NCBI GenBank assembly: GCA_963814585.1
Contig: CAWFDF010000014.1
Coordinates: 224,001-288,000 of the forward strand
Reading direction: 5' to 3'
DNA: 64,000 nucleotides
From: an uncultured delta proteobacterium
GTDB lineage: Bacteria > Myxococcota > Myxococcia > Myxococcales > Anaeromyxobacteraceae
This document shows, in pieces, positions 51,291 to 60,150 of this stretch. Both the position numbers and the translations under genes were made by a program. The notes under the pieces were generated by a model. It was given only the letters and a program-made list of their open reading frames with translations. It did no database searches and was not told the origin of the DNA. Position 1 is the first letter of the stretch. Each line of letters begins with the position of its first letter.

Positions 51291-53759
51291 TCAGGGAACC
51301 AGCCCGTGCGAACCAGGGACGGAGAGCGAGCCGGTCGCGCCGCCGTGGCAGGTGGCGCAGGCCTCCACCCCACCGACGGTGTAGGCGGCGGCGTGGGAAC
51401 GCCCCGGCCCGGTGTCGTGGCAGCTCATGCAGGCCGACTGGAGCGGGCCGATGCGCGCCTCGCTGGAGGGGTGCAGGGCCGAGGCCGAGTGGACGATCGT
51501 GGCGGACTCGTTGGCCACCGTGGACCCGGCGGTGGCCGGCACCGCCTCGAGCCGGTAGCTCTCCTCGACGTGGCAGAGCCGGCAGTCGGCGAGCCGGCCC
51601 GGGAAGCGGACGTCGTCGAGGAAGATCGGGGAGCCCCCGTAGACGACGTGCGGGGCGGCCGCCTGCAACCCGGCCACGCCGGTCGACTCGCCGGTGTGGA
51701 TGCGGTGGACCATCACCGTGAAGTGGATGGACCGCTCCTCCCGGCCGTCGTAGGTCCCGAGGACGTTGCCGGAGGGGATGGCGAGGTTGACGTTCCCGTT
51801 CACCTTGGGCCGCCGGCTCCAGTCGGTCCGATCCGGGGCGTGGCACAGCACGCAGTACTCCGGGTCGTGGCGGGCGCCGTGCAGGGCGAGCCGGCCGTGG
51901 CACTGGTTGCACCGGTCCGCCGCCACCACCCTGCGGCGCGGGGCTGGGCTCCCGGTCCACATGCTGCCGGTGGCGGTGTCGACGTACTGGACCCGGTTCT
52001 CGGCGGTCTCGCTGATCGACTCGCCGGTGTAGGGCCAGGGGAAGGCGTCGTTGGGGGCATCGTAGTGGACGGTGGCCAGCGTCCGGCGGCCCTCCATGCC
52101 CACGGCCCAGGTGCCGCCGGCATCGGCCGGGAGCGCATTGCCGAAGGCGTAGCTGTACTGCCCGCTGGCGTCGGCCGCCAGGGTGAGCGGCACCGGCTCG
52201 ATGGCCGGCAGCACGTTGCCCACCGCGAAGTTCCGGGTGACCGCGTCGGTGGCCGGGCCCGAGATGATGACGCTGAGCCGGGTGAAGCCGCGTGGCACCG
52301 GGCTGACCCCCGCCAGCGTGTTGCCGTTGAGCGGTGAGATGTCGCCGTTCCGGTCCCGGGCCCTGAAGACCACCGTCGGGCGCTGCCCCGGCCTCAGGTC
52401 CTGCACCTGCACCACGTCGAGCTGGGGCTTCTCGTACCTGGCGCTCAGGTAGATGGGAACGTGGACGTCACGGGTGTCGGCGTAGAGCTTGAACGGGGCC
52501 GCCCCGCCCGGGCTGACGTGGCACTTGGCGCAGTCGCCGTCGTCGGGCTGCGGGCCGCCGAGGTGCGCGAAGTGGAACTGGTCGGTGCTCCCCTGGCCGA
52601 ACCAGACGTCGGGGTGGCAGCTGCCACAGGTGCGGCGCGAAATGGCGTTGACCTGCTCGTCGGCCTGCGGCGCATCACCGTGGCAGACCTCACAGTCACG
52701 GAGGTTTCGCGGGAAGCCGATCCCCTCGGCCACCACCCTGGCCGGCTGGTCGTTCTCGGCCCGGCTGACCACCTTGCCGACCACCAGCTCCTCGCTCCGA
52801 TACCCGATGATGGAGTAGCGCCGGCCCGCCACCGGGGCGTTGCGGCCCGGGAGGAACGGGAGCGGCATGAGGCTGTTGGACGCCAGCGGCGGCGCCGGCA
52901 GCGTGTTGCTGCTGGCGAGGTAGAGCGTGGGCATGTTCTTGCCGCGGTGGATGCGGTGGACCAACCGCCCCAGGTCGAGGGGGTTGGGATTGCTGGCGGC
53001 GGTGGCCCCGGCCATGGCGGCCGGGTCGATGGTGTCGGGGTCGGCGTTCTGGACGGTGTGGCAGGTGAGGCAGAGCCGCACCCCGTGGCGGACGCCGTGG
53101 GCCACGACCTGGCCGTGGCAGGTGTTGCAGCTGGCGTCGAGGACGGTGTCCCGGACCCGGGCCGTCCCACCCGCCGGCACGAAGTCGAAGGTGGTCGCCG
53201 ACCGGTCCGAGACCGGCGCGCCGTTCAGCCAGGCCCCGATCCGCATGGTCTCGGTGGGGACGTAGTCGAACGGCGGCGTGGCGGGAAGCGCGTTGAGGAA
53301 GGTGTACCGGAAGGTGCCGCCCCCCAGGTCCTCGACCGAGCCGGTCCTCTCGGAGCCGGGCTGCTTGCCGCTGTCGAGGAACTCCGGCGGCGTCCCCGGC
53401 CCTGCGATGGGGTTGCTGGTGAGCGTGGCGCTGCCGGTGCGGAGCAGGCTCTTCCAGGCGGCCAGCCCGTTCACCGGATCGGTGGAGAGGGCGGCCACCG
53501 TCCAGTTCGGCATCACCGTGGCGGCGGTGAGCTGGTTCAAGGAGGCGGGCGAGCCGTCGGCGGTCACGGCGTAGTCGACCACCACCACGTTCCCGGCGGC
53601 CGCCGCCGTGACCGTCGCCCCGGTGATCTCGATCGAGTAGACGCTGGCCGCGGGCGCCGGCACGACCGGCACCTCGTCCCACGTCACCGGCGTGCAGGCA
53701 GCCGACGCCATCGCCGCACCGAGCGCCGCCACCCTCCACCTTGCCGAACGGCTCTGCAT
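51291..53759 (-). CDS. OmcA/MtrC-like decaheme c-type cytochrome lipoprotein
   Basis: 10 CXXCH in two 5-heme blocks, each preceded by a beta-rich domain; 'VHRIH' twice; lipobox-like 'ASAAC'. Confidence 0.88.
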   Translation of the reverse strand: MQSRSARWRVAALGAAMASAACTPVTWDEVPVVPAPAASVYSIEITGATVTAAAAGNVVVVDYAVTADGSPASLNQLTAATVMPNWTVAALSTDPVNGLAAWKSLLRTGSATLTSNPIAGPGTPPEFLDSGKQPGSERTGSVEDLGGGTFRYTFLNALPATPPFDYVPTETMRIGAWLNGAPVSDRSATTFDFVPAGGTARVRDTVLDASCNTCHGQVVAHGVRHGVRLCLTCHTVQNADPDTIDPAAMAGATAASNPNPLDLGRLVHRIHRGKNMPTLYLASSNTLPAPPLASNSLMPLPFLPGRNAPVAGRRYSIIGYRSEELVVGKVVSRAENDQPARVVAEGIGFPRNLRDCEVCHGDAPQADEQVNAISRRTCGSCHPDVWFGQGSTDQFHFAHLGGPQPDDGDCAKCHVSPGGAAPFKLYADTRDVHVPIYLSARYEKPQLDVVQVQDLRPGQRPTVVFRARDRNGDISPLNGNTLAGVSPVPRGFTRLSVIISGPATDAVTRNFAVGNVLPAIEPVPLTLAADASGQYSYAFGNALPADAGGTWAVGMEGRRTLATVHYDAPNDAFPWPYTGESISETAENRVQYVDTATGSMWTGSPAPRRRVVAADRCNQCHGRLALHGARHDPEYCVLCHAPDRTDWSRRPKVNGNVNLAIPSGNVLGTYDGREERSIHFTVMVHRIHTGESTGVAGLQAAAPHVVYGGSPIFLDDVRFPGRLADCRLCHVEESYRLEAVPATAGSTVANESATIVHSASALHPSSEARIGPLQSACMSCHDTGPGRSHAAAYTVGGVEACATCHGGATGSLSVPGSHGLVP

Positions 53760-53854
53760 CCTCGCCCCTCCGCGGAATGGCGGCATGCTATCCCAATCCG
53801 CTCCCCAGCACGCCTTTCCGGCCGCCCCCGGTCGCCGCCAGGTGGGAGCCTCCC

Positions 53855-54352
53855 CTACCCCACCAGCTCCTCGAAGACGCCGCTCTCCCGGTTCTTCCGG
53901 ACCTGGTCGCCCCGGAAGACGCGCCCGTTCATGGCGACGTAGACGCCGGCGGGGAGCACCTGCGCGAAGGAGAGCGCGCTGCCGAGGTTGAAGAGCCCGT
54001 CCGAGCTGCCGAAGGCGTAGGGGACCATGGCCCCGGTGAGCACCACCGTCTTGCCGAGACCGGCCACCTGCAGCGCGCGAGCGGTCTCGGCCATGGTGTC
54101 GGTGCCGTGGGTGACCACCAGCCGGCCCTCGGCGCTGCTCCGGCAGCGCTCCACCACGCGCGCCCGATCTTCCCCGGTCATGTCGAGGCTGTCGATCATC
54201 ATCAGGGTCTCGACCTGCACCGGGATGCGGCAGCGGGCCAGGCGGAGCATCTCGGGGAGGTGGGTGTCCTTGAAGAAGAGCCGCCCGCCCAGCTCGTCGT
54301 ACTCCTTGTCGAAGGTGCCGCCGGTGACCAGGACTCGGATGGTGGGGTTCAT
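53855..54352 (-). CDS. Short asparaginase-domain protein
   Basis: 'VTGGTFDK', 'DSLDM', 'THGTDTM', 'VLTGAM'; 165 aa. Confidence 0.88.
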   Translation of the reverse strand: MNPTIRVLVTGGTFDKEYDELGGRLFFKDTHLPEMLRLARCRIPVQVETLMMIDSLDMTGEDRARVVERCRSSAEGRLVVTHGTDTMAETARALQVAGLGKTVVLTGAMVPYAFGSSDGLFNLGSALSFAQVLPAGVYVAMNGRVFRGDQVRKNRESGVFEELVG

Positions 54353-54451
54353 GGGGTGGCTCCCTGGCTTCCCGGCCGGCGGTGGGGGCCCGGGCCGGCG
54401 CCGATGATACGGCCCGGCGAGGCGCGCCGGAAGCGCGGTATGTTCCGGGGC

Positions 54452-54892
54452 GTGCCCCTCTTCTCCAGCCGCCTGCCCGCCGTCGTCACCCGCGCCGACC
54501 TGGCGTGGCTCGTCACCCCCACCTACGCCGAGGCGCTCTCGGTCGAGGACGACGAGGCCCACGAGCGGCTGGAGCGGGCCCTCGCCCACCCCGACCTGGT
54601 CGACGACCTGCTGTGGGGGATCTCCGAGGCGCTGCCCGCCAAGCAGGGGGCCCGCACCAGCGACGACCAGCTGGTCGACCGGCTCTCCAGGGCGCTCCAC
54701 GCCCGCCGCGGCAAGGTGACGGCGGCGCCGGCCGGGCCGGCGGTCTCCGCGGTGCTGGTGAGGATCAACGTCGAGCTGGGGCTGGCGCCCGAGCCGATGC
54801 GCGCGACGCTCCAGACCGACAAGGGACGGAAGCTGCTCGACGAGGGGCTCCGCACGCTCGGCGCCCATCTGGTGAACGAACTCCTGAGGTGA
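54452..54892 (+). CDS. Hypothetical protein
   Basis: GC3-rich helical-looking ORF filling the gap; TATGTT 7 nt upstream of GTG 54452 (ATG 54440 is an alternative start). Confidence 0.65.
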   Translation: MPLFSSRLPAVVTRADLAWLVTPTYAEALSVEDDEAHERLERALAHPDLVDDLLWGISEALPAKQGARTSDDQLVDRLSRALHARRGKVTAAPAGPAVSAVLVRINVELGLAPEPMRATLQTDKGRKLLDEGLRTLGAHLVNELLR

Positions 54893-54915
54893 ACCCGCGC
54901 CTGGGAAGGACCGCC

Positions 54916-55959
54916 ATGCCGAAGACCAAGGCCTACGCCGCGCTCTCCCCCACCACCCCGCTGGTGCCGTTCGAGGTCGAGCGGCGCGAGCCGGGCCCCG
55001 CCGACGTGGTCATCGACGTGGCCTGGTGCGGGGTCTGCCACTCCGACATCCACCAGGCCCGCAACGAGTGGGGCGGCTCGCTCTTCCCCATGGTGCCGGG
55101 CCACGAGATCGTCGGCACGGTGGTGCGCGTGGGGGACGCGGTGAAGCGGTTCGCGGTGGGAGACCGGGCTGGCGTCGGCTGCATGGTCGACTCCTGCCGC
55201 ACCTGCGACAGCTGCCGGCACGACCTCGAGCAGTTCTGCTGGAAGGGCGCGGCCTTCACCTACAACGGCACCGAGATGGACCGGAAGACGCCCACCTTCG
55301 GCGGCTACTCGAAGCAGGTGGTGGTGACCGAGGCCTTCGCGCTCCGGGTCTCCCCGGAGCTCGATCTGGCCGCCGCCGCGCCGCTGCTCTGCGCCGGCAT
55401 CACCACCTGGTCGCCGCTGCGCCACTGGAAGGCCGGCCCGGGCCAGCGAGTCGGCGTGGTCGGCCTGGGCGGGCTGGGCCACATGGCGGTCAAGCTGGCC
55501 ACCTCGCTGGGCTGCGAGGTGACCATGCTCTCCACCTCGCAGGGCAAGGAGGCCGACGCCCGCCGCCTCGGGGCCACCGAGTTCGGCCTCACCACCGAGA
55601 AGGCCACCTTCAAGCGGCTGTCGAGGCGCTTCGACCTGATCCTCGACACCATCTCGGCGCCGCACGACTACAACGCCTACCTCGGCCTGCTCAAGGTGGA
55701 CGGGACCATGGTGCTGCTGGGGGTCCCGCCCCAGCCGGCGCCGGTGGCGGCCTTCGCCCTCATCGGCGGGCGGCGCAGCCTGGCCGGCTCCTCCATCGGC
55801 GGCATCGCCGAGACGCAGGAGATGCTCGACCACTGCGCCCGGCACGGCATCACCTCCGACGTCGAGGTGATCCCGGTGGCCCAGGTGAACCAGGCCTACG
55901 AGCGGATGCTGAGGAACGACGTCCGCTACCGGTTCGTCCTCGACCTGGCGACGCTGTAG
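54916..55959 (+). CDS. Zn-dependent NAD(P) alcohol dehydrogenase (CAD/AdhC/YahK-like)
   Basis: 'CGVCHSD', 'GHEIVG', structural Zn cysteines, 'APLLCAGIT', 'GLGGLGHM', 'VRYRFVLD'. Confidence 0.95.
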   Translation: MPKTKAYAALSPTTPLVPFEVERREPGPADVVIDVAWCGVCHSDIHQARNEWGGSLFPMVPGHEIVGTVVRVGDAVKRFAVGDRAGVGCMVDSCRTCDSCRHDLEQFCWKGAAFTYNGTEMDRKTPTFGGYSKQVVVTEAFALRVSPELDLAAAAPLLCAGITTWSPLRHWKAGPGQRVGVVGLGGLGHMAVKLATSLGCEVTMLSTSQGKEADARRLGATEFGLTTEKATFKRLSRRFDLILDTISAPHDYNAYLGLLKVDGTMVLLGVPPQPAPVAAFALIGGRRSLAGSSIGGIAETQEMLDHCARHGITSDVEVIPVAQVNQAYERMLRNDVRYRFVLDLATL

Positions 55960-55968
55960 CCGCCGCGA

Positions 55969-56322
55969 CTACCGCGGCATGTCGCCCAGGCCGCCGGCGT
56001 TCACCACCTGCGCGAAGCCGGCCTGCTTCAGCATGCGGGCCGCCATGCCGCTGCGGGCGCCCGAGGCGCAGTAGAGCACCACGGCCTGGTCCTTCTTGAC
56101 CTCGCCCATGCGCCGGGCCAGCTCTCCCACCGGGATGTTCACCGCGCCCGGGTAGAAGCCGTCCCGGAACTCCTCCGGTGAGCGGACGTCCACGATCTGT
56201 GCACCGGCCTTGACCAGCTCGACCACCACGTTCTGAGCCACCTTGCCTCCTTTGAGGAACCTTCTGCCGACGAGCCACACCGCCACGGCGACCACCGCCG
56301 CGGTCACTGGATCGATGTTCAC
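55969..56322 (-). CDS. Membrane-anchored rhodanese-like protein
   Basis: GTGA overlap with upstream stop; N-terminal TM; 'DVRSPEEF', 'GAVNIP', 'YCASGARS'. Confidence 0.88.
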   Translation of the reverse strand: MNIDPVTAAVVAVAVWLVGRRFLKGGKVAQNVVVELVKAGAQIVDVRSPEEFRDGFYPGAVNIPVGELARRMGEVKKDQAVVLYCASGARSGMAARMLKQAGFAQVVNAGGLGDMPR

Positions 56323-57980
56323 GCGCCCTCCACGTCGAAGCCGCCCTCGAGCTCCATGCTCACCCAGCCGCCGGTCACGTTGGCGACGTCGCGGTATCCA
56401 TTCTCCGCCATGGCCCGGAGCGCCAGGTGGGCGCGGAAGCCGGTGCGGCAGTGGAGGACGATGCGCCGGTCGCGCGGCAGCTGGGCCAGCTCCCAGCGGA
56501 CGTCGTCGACCGGCAGGTGCTGCGCCCCGGCCAGGTGGCCCCGGGACCACTCCCCCAGCGTCCGGACGTCGACCACCAGCGGCGGCTTCGGCCCGGCCAG
56601 CTCCGCCTTGAGCTGAGCGGCGGTGACCAGCGGAGAGAAGCCGGAGAGGTCGTTGCCGGCGATGAAGGCCGCCAGGTTGACCGGATCGTTGGCCGAGGAG
56701 TAGGGCGGCGCGTAGGCGAGATCGAGCTCGGCGAGATCGTGCACCGTCAGCTTCCCGTGCAGCGCCGTGGCCAGCACGTCGATCCGCTTCTCGACGCCGG
56801 CGTGCCCGAAGGCCTGGGCCCCGAGCAGGCGGGCCGTCTTCCGGTCGTGGACCAGCTTGAGCGAGAGCTCCCGGCCGCCCGGGTAGTAGCCGGCGTGGTG
56901 GTCCTTGTGGATCACCGCCACGCCCACCTCGAAGCCGGCCTCACGCGCGGCCCGCTCGGTCAATCCAGTGGAAGCCGCGGTGGCCTCGAAGATCTTCACC
57001 ACGCTGGTGCCGCTGGCGCCACCGTAGCGCATCGACCCGCCGAGCGCGTTGGTGGCGGCGATCCGACCCTGGCGGTTGGCCGGTCCGGCCAGGGGGATGC
57101 GGACCTTCCTGCCGGAGACCCGGTGGAGGATCTCGACCATGTCGCCGGCGGCGTAGATGTCCGGATCCGAGGTCTGGAGGCGATCGTCCACCAGCAGCCC
57201 GCCGGCCGGTCCGAGGGTGAGGCCGGCCGACTTCACCAGCGTCAGCTCGGGCCGCACCCCCACCGAGAAGAGCACCAGGTCGGCGGGGAGCCGCCGGCCG
57301 TCGGAGAGCTCCACCGTCCGGTCCCCCCCGACCGACTTGACGCCGGCGCCGGTCAGCACCTGGACGCCGTGGGCGGCCAGCTCGCCGGCCACCTGCACGC
57401 CGAACTCCCGGTCCATCACCCCCATCACCGTGGGCAGCAGCTCGACCACGGTGGTCTCGAGGCCGCGCTGGCGGAAGGCCTCGGCCATCTCCAGCCCGAT
57501 GAAGCCGCCGCCCACCACCACGGCGTGGCGCGGCTTCTCGGTCTCGATGAAGCCGTCGAGCCGGTCCATGTCGGGCACGGTCCAGAGCTTGAAGACGTGG
57601 GACGCATCGGCACCCGGGAGCGGCGGCATGATGGGGTTGCCACCCTGGGCCAGGACCAGCTTGTCGTAGGCGAACCAGCGCTCGCCCTCGGGGCCGATGG
57701 CGCGAACCCGCTTGCCGGCGCGGTCGATCTCCAGCGCCTCGGTGCGCAGCTCGACCTGGACCCGGTAGCGGGCGTCGAAGCCCTCCGGCGTCTGCAGCAG
57801 CAGGTCGGAGCGCTTCTGGATGTCGCGCGAGATGAAGTAGGGCAGGCCGCAGTTGGCGTAGGAGACGTACGGCCCCCGCTCCAGCACCGTGATCTCGGCG
57901 GTCTCGCTGAGCCGCCGGGCCCGGGCCGCGGCGGTGGCGCCACCGGCGACGCCTCCGATGATGAGCAGTCTCGTCGTCAT
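56319..57980 (-). CDS. CoA-disulfide reductase-rhodanese fusion (CoADR-RHD/Npsr-like)
   Basis: 'IIGGVAGG', 'SYANCGLPY', 'VGGGFIGLE', 'LAYAPPYS', C-terminal rhodanese 'HCRTGFRA'. Confidence 0.92.
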   Translation of the reverse strand: MTTRLLIIGGVAGGATAAARARRLSETAEITVLERGPYVSYANCGLPYFISRDIQKRSDLLLQTPEGFDARYRVQVELRTEALEIDRAGKRVRAIGPEGERWFAYDKLVLAQGGNPIMPPLPGADASHVFKLWTVPDMDRLDGFIETEKPRHAVVVGGGFIGLEMAEAFRQRGLETTVVELLPTVMGVMDREFGVQVAGELAAHGVQVLTGAGVKSVGGDRTVELSDGRRLPADLVLFSVGVRPELTLVKSAGLTLGPAGGLLVDDRLQTSDPDIYAAGDMVEILHRVSGRKVRIPLAGPANRQGRIAATNALGGSMRYGGASGTSVVKIFEATAASTGLTERAAREAGFEVGVAVIHKDHHAGYYPGGRELSLKLVHDRKTARLLGAQAFGHAGVEKRIDVLATALHGKLTVHDLAELDLAYAPPYSSANDPVNLAAFIAGNDLSGFSPLVTAAQLKAELAGPKPPLVVDVRTLGEWSRGHLAGAQHLPVDDVRWELAQLPRDRRIVLHCRTGFRAHLALRAMAENGYRDVANVTGGWVSMELEGGFDVEGA

Positions 57981-58070
57981 GGCGGGTGGGAGCCCCCGGC
58001 TCCCCGAAGGATTCGGCGGGGCGGCCACTTGACCGCCCGCCCGCCCTCCAATACGACGGGGGCGCACCGC

Positions 58071-59420
58071 ATGGTCAACTCCCTGGAACCCCTGCTCGCC
58101 GATGGCGTCATCGACGAGGTCCTCTCCCGGCTCAAGAGCGGCAAGGAGGCGGACCTCTGGCTGGTCCGCCACGGCGAGGAGATCGTCGCCGCCAAGGTCT
58201 ACAAGGCCCGCGAGGCCCGCTCGTTCAAGAACAACTCGGCCTACCTGGAGGGTCGGCGCGTCCGGAACAGCCGGACCCAGCGGGCCATGGACCGGGGCAG
58301 CCGCTTCGGCCAGGCGGCCTCCGAGGAGGCCTGGAAGACCAAGGAGGCCGACGCCCTCCACGCGCTGCACGCCGCCGGGGTCCGGGTGCCCCGCCCCGTC
58401 CTCTTCTACGAGGGGGTGCTGCTGATGGAGGTGGTGGTGGACGCGGCCGGCCGCCCGGCGCCCCGGCTCATCGAGGCCCAGGTGGGCCGTGACCAGGCCG
58501 CCGGCCTCTACGCCGGCCTCCGCTCCCAGGTGGTGCGGATGCTGTGCTGCGACCTGGTCCACGGCGACCTCTCCCCCTACAACGTGCTGCTGGCCTGGGA
58601 CGGGCCGGTGATCATCGACTTCCCGCAGGTGGTGGGGGCGGCCCACAACAGCCAGGCCGAGGGGTTCTTCTTCCGCGACCTCGCCAACCTGCGCCACCAC
58701 TTCGAGGCCATCGATCCGGCGCTCCGGGCCGCGGCCGGCGACGGGCGGGAGATCTGGCGGGCCTACGTGAAGCGGGAGCTGACGCCCGACTTCGTGCCCC
58801 CGCCGCCGCGCCCGGGCGCGCCACCGCCGGTCGAGCCGCGCCTGCAGCAGCCGCGGCGCCCCCAGCAGCAGCCGGCCCAGCCGCAGCGGTCCGGCGGGGC
58901 GGGACGCCCGGCCCACCAGGAGCGACCGCTGCAGCATCACCGCGCTCACCAGACGACCCGCCCACCACACCAGCAGGCGCAGCGCCCGGCCAGGCCGCCG
59001 CAGCAGCCGCAGCGTCCCGCTCAGCCCGGGCGGCAGCCCCAGCCGCAGCGTCCGGCCCATCCAGCTCACCAGCCAGCGCGTCAGCCACAGCGCCCGCCGC
59101 AGCAGCAGCCGCAGGACTCCGGCCAGCCGGGGCGTCAGCCGCAGCAGCAGCGACCGGCCCAGCCTGTGCGCCAACCCCAGTCCCAGCCGGAGCGATCGCC
59201 CGCCCAGGGTCGCCAGCAGCAGCCGCGGCGCCAGGGTGGTCCCGGTCAACCGCCACGGGGCCCGATCGTGGAGAGGCGGCCGGTGCTCGGGGTACAGGCG
59301 GCGCCGCCAGCCCCTTCGGCTCCGGAGGCCGTGGGAGTGGCACCCTCCTCCCCTGGCCAGGGACGGAAACGGGGAAGACGGCGCAGGGGTGGGCGCGGCG
59401 GTGGACCTGGCGGTCCTTAG
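58071..59420 (+). CDS. RIO1-family kinase with long Gln/Pro/Arg-rich tail
   Basis: 'LKSGKEA', 'AKVY', 'VHGDLSPYNVL', 'IIDFPQ'; low-complexity tail from about 58795. Confidence 0.9.
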   Translation: MVNSLEPLLADGVIDEVLSRLKSGKEADLWLVRHGEEIVAAKVYKAREARSFKNNSAYLEGRRVRNSRTQRAMDRGSRFGQAASEEAWKTKEADALHALHAAGVRVPRPVLFYEGVLLMEVVVDAAGRPAPRLIEAQVGRDQAAGLYAGLRSQVVRMLCCDLVHGDLSPYNVLLAWDGPVIIDFPQVVGAAHNSQAEGFFFRDLANLRHHFEAIDPALRAAAGDGREIWRAYVKRELTPDFVPPPPRPGAPPPVEPRLQQPRRPQQQPAQPQRSGGAGRPAHQERPLQHHRAHQTTRPPHQQAQRPARPPQQPQRPAQPGRQPQPQRPAHPAHQPARQPQRPPQQQPQDSGQPGRQPQQQRPAQPVRQPQSQPERSPAQGRQQQPRRQGGPGQPPRGPIVERRPVLGVQAAPPAPSAPEAVGVAPSSPGQGRKRGRRRRGGRGGGPGGP

Positions 59421-59597
59421 TGCCGCGCCCCAGGCAAGATGCCTACTGCGAGAGCCGATCCTCTCGCTGCGGCAGGCGGCCTCGTCGGTCCGCTGCTCAG
59501 CGTAGCGCTGCTACGCTTCCGCTGCTCCCTCCTCGGGCGCCAGCCTCGCTTCGGTCTCGGCTCTCTCGTCACGTCATCTTGCCTGGGGCGCGGCACT
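59419..59597 (-). mobile_element. 179-bp MITE-like element, copy 2 (inverted relative to copy 1)
   Basis: Perfect 24-bp inverted repeat TAGTGCCGCGCCCCAGGCAAGATG (59418-59441 / 59575-59598) including the terminal TA. Confidence 0.85.
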
Positions 59598-59961
59598 AGC
59601 GAAGCCCGACCACGTTGTCCCCGCCCTCCCACTCGGCCAGCCGCCCCACCTGGCGGGCCAGCTCGGGCCAGGTCTCGCCGGTGCAGCGCTCCACCTCGCG
59701 GGCCAGGAAGGCCCTGAGCCTGGGGTAGTCCCACTCGAAGACCAGCAGCAGGCCTCGACCCGGCACCGCGCCCTGCCTGCCGTGGCGCCGCTCCAGCCAG
59801 CTCGGCGTCGCCACCAGCAGCTCGAACCGCTCGCGCCCGCGCAGGCCGAGCACGCCGACCTCCAGCACCAGCGGGATGGCGAACTCGCCGGGGGCGGGCG
59901 GCCGCCAGCCCTCCAGGTCGGAGATCTCGTCGCAGCGGAGGCTCTTGAGGCGGGCGCGCAT
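59596..59961 (-). CDS. Imm8-like immunity protein
   Basis: 'MRARLKSL', 'G.E.F.LLVATPSWL', 'GRGLLLV.EWDY', 'CTGETWPELA...LAEWE' match my recollection of the Imm8 pattern. Confidence 0.7.
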   Translation of the reverse strand: MRARLKSLRCDEISDLEGWRPPAPGEFAIPLVLEVGVLGLRGRERFELLVATPSWLERRHGRQGAVPGRGLLLVFEWDYPRLRAFLAREVERCTGETWPELARQVGRLAEWEGGDNVVGLR

Positions 59962-60101
59962 CCGGACAATGTAACGCGCGGGGACCACCCCGGCCGCCCG
60001 AGCCATCGTGGAATGGCGCGTGGGGCGCCCGGTCAGGGACGGAAGCGGCGCATGCGGCGCGGTGGGAGCGGTGACGGGGTCGGAGACGATGCTCTTGGCT
60101 T

Positions 60102-60133
60102 GGGACGGCTCCACCAGAAGCCGGAGCCGTCCC
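60102..60133 (-). terminator. GC-rich hairpin downstream of the fad operon (no U-tract)
   Basis: GGGACGGCTCC (60102-60112) pairs perfectly with GGAGCCGTCCC (60123-60133). Confidence 0.5.
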
Positions 60134-60150
60134 GATTGGAGCCGTCGCGA

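Noticed and set aside
58029..58057. Sigma70 promoter TTGACC-N17-TACGAC before the RIO gene
   Set aside because: The -10 element matches only 3/6 and lacks the conserved final T
56319..59420. 976-aa and 997-aa overlapping ORFs
   Set aside because: Upstream extensions of two divergent genes; real starts are 57980 (minus) and 58071 (plus)
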